A stretch of DNA of 64,000 bases from Candidatus Omnitrophota bacterium (GTDB lineage: Bacteria > Omnitrophota > Omnitrophia > Omnitrophales > Aquincolibacteriaceae). Positions 62,657-64,000 of the stretch are shown here, in pieces. Numbering within the stretch: position 1 is the stretch's first letter; every line of letters begins with the position of its first letter. The DNA lies in NCBI GenBank assembly GCA_903884815.1, contig CAISGE010000058.1:6583-70582 (forward strand), read 5' to 3'. A program made the position numbers and the translations under genes. The notes under the pieces were generated by a model. That model searched no databases. It was not told the origin of the DNA and was given only the letters and a program-made list of their open reading frames with translations.

Positions 62657-62694
62657 CAATTTTCAAGCCGGGAAATAAATCCGGCTTGAAAATT
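62657..62694. terminator. 15-bp perfect inverted repeat right after attR (probably the original tRNA-Glu terminator)
   Basis: caattttcaagccgg-gaataaat-ccggcttgaaaattg. Confidence 0.75.
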
Positions 62695-62881
62695 GCTATT
62701 AACGCCGGGGATTTGAGACCGACCCGAACGACACGGGTTCAAGTGAGGGCGGCCGGCTTTGGAGGAACACGCTGACAGGCGTGCGGGGGAAAAGAAATCT
62801 CCTCCAGTAAACAGGGTCGAGCGCCAGATTGAATGATGTGCCAACCGCCGAAGGTTTTAATCTTCGAATTCAGGAGGGATT

Positions 62882-63403
62882 ATGAACCATCAAACTGAAA
62901 TCACACCGCGTTTGGGCCGTATTTTGGCCTGCCCGAAATGCCACGGAAATTTGATTGCTGAACTTTCCGGTAGCGTTGAAGTGGGTGTTTGTTCGGAGGG
63001 TTGTGGGACCTGGGTGGATATCCACCAGGAAAAAGCATTCTGGGATCTGAAGCCCGAAGTTTTTACGGTAGATGAGATGCTTCAGTTCCGTAAAAATTAC
63101 GAAGGGTTGGGTCCTCAAGGGCCGCTTCGCTATATTAATTGTCCGGTCTGCAAACAGTTGATGAACCGAAAAGTGTGGGGGAGCTATTCGGGCGTTTTCA
63201 TTGACCGTTGCCAGGCCCACGGGACGTGGTATGGCAAAGAGGAAGTTGAGAAGATCCGGGAATATATTCAAAAAGGCGGCGTGGAGTTTGAAAAGTTCTG
63301 TCTCGCGGACTCCGGAATGAGCGCCCTCGGCTTAAAGTTGAGTCAGCTTGAAACGCGGCTGGAGCATAAAATCAATAGCCTGCAAATGAGAGCTCGTTTC
63401 TAA
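62882..63403 (+). CDS. Double zinc-ribbon (zf-TFIIB-like) protein
   Basis: CPKC...CSEGCGTW and CPVC...DRCQAHGTW..EE; AGGAGG RBS. Confidence 0.75.
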   Translation: MNHQTEITPRLGRILACPKCHGNLIAELSGSVEVGVCSEGCGTWVDIHQEKAFWDLKPEVFTVDEMLQFRKNYEGLGPQGPLRYINCPVCKQLMNRKVWGSYSGVFIDRCQAHGTWYGKEEVEKIREYIQKGGVEFEKFCLADSGMSALGLKLSQLETRLEHKINSLQMRARF

Positions 63404-63421
63404 TTAAAACAGAGGTGTTCT

Positions 63422-63823
63422 GTGAAGTGTAAAGTTATCCCGATAGCGATCCTTGTCCTGATGGTTGGAGCCTTTTCCGGTTGCGCGAAGACGGCGGATC
63501 CGAAGCGGCCGCTTGAGAAGATCCAAAGTGAGGTCGTGTCCATGCCCATGGCGACTCTTGAGTCGAACGCGCAACTTTACGCGGTGGCGATCCGCGTTGA
63601 GAAGGCCAAGATCACGAATATCCAGGAACAGATGAGGAAAATGCCCGTGCAGCAGCTCTTCAGCGATAAAAAGATGACTCGTGAGATCGCGGCGATCGGT
63701 CAGCGGGCCGAGGCCCTCTTTGATCGCTATCAGATCTATGTGAAGGCTTTTCAGGAAAAAGGCGGAGATCTCAGCAAGGTTCAGATAGAAACCGGACAAA
63801 CACCTACGGGAGAATCCAAATGA
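63422..63823 (+). CDS. Putative lipoprotein
   Basis: Lipobox-like FSGC after a hydrophobic stretch; GAGGTG RBS; stop overlaps the mscL start (ATGA). Confidence 0.7.
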   Translation: MKCKVIPIAILVLMVGAFSGCAKTADPKRPLEKIQSEVVSMPMATLESNAQLYAVAIRVEKAKITNIQEQMRKMPVQQLFSDKKMTREIAAIGQRAEALFDRYQIYVKAFQEKGGDLSKVQIETGQTPTGESK

Positions 63824-64000
63824 AGATCTTGGAAGAATTCAAAGCATTTGTGATGCGCGGCAATGTGATCGATATGGCGGTCGGTGTGATCATCGGCGGT
63901 GCGTTCGGCAAGATCGTGTCATCCATGACCGCGGACATTATTATGCCGCCGATCGGACTTTTGCTCGGCAAAGTGGACTTTAGCAGCCTGTATATCAATA
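63820..64000 (+). CDS. mscL: Large-conductance mechanosensitive channel (3'-truncated; missing from the ORF track)
   Basis: Manual translation: [60 protein letters not shown]. Confidence 0.97.
   Translation, partial: MKILEEFKAFVMRGNVIDMAVGVIIGGAFGKIVSSMTADIIMPPIGLLLGKVDFSSLYIN

Larger units (their letters stand above)
52871..62660. mobile_element. ~9.8 kb integrative element at the tRNA-Glu 3' end (attL 52871-52885, attR 62646-62660)
   Basis: Direct repeat cttRgggacgccaat (11 bp exact), adjacent recombinase, visibly more AT-rich cargo, and a terminator-like hairpin directly after attR. Confidence 0.85.

Noticed and set aside
63804-63998. 64-aa minus-strand ORF
   Set aside because: It is the antisense shadow of mscL.

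Overview
Most of this window is two tandem, co-oriented giant genes: 1882-30921 (9,679 aa) and 31249-52464 (7,071 aa). Genes of this size are reported from Ca. Omnitrophota, so that lineage is my inference, not something the sequence proves. Both proteins follow one plan: a signal peptide, a homologous ~650-750 aa N-terminal domain whose motifs (QDAH..EG..RD..GGFH) resemble the TraB/Tiki/EreA-ChaN metallohydrolase fold, a long string of unrelated cargo modules, then RGELR and a ~280 aa tail ending in Ala-Ala. Recognisable cargo includes His-kinase ATPases, a HAD phosphatase, several methyltransferases, HPr, HD, a Ser/Thr kinase, HExxH peptidases, a J-domain, CPBP, and an EI/GlnD-like fusion. 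The main observation is that a short in-frame motif, R-[SA]-E-x-R (27 copies by manual count plus ~15 variants), sits at the module boundaries and is encoded by varying synonymous codons. This suggests a self-processing, cassette-shuffled effector polyprotein. Downstream are tRNA-Glu(UUC) and a ~9.8 kb island integrated at its 3' end. The island's large serine recombinase appears split by integration: an alternative in-frame C-terminus lies at attR. The island also carries an orphan controller (C) protein with a C-box and a duplicated small secreted peptide. Flanking genes are ordinary: putative outer-membrane barrel proteins, VF530/DUF2132, a zinc-ribbon protein, a lipoprotein and mscL. All domain calls are by-eye motif recognition, not database hits.
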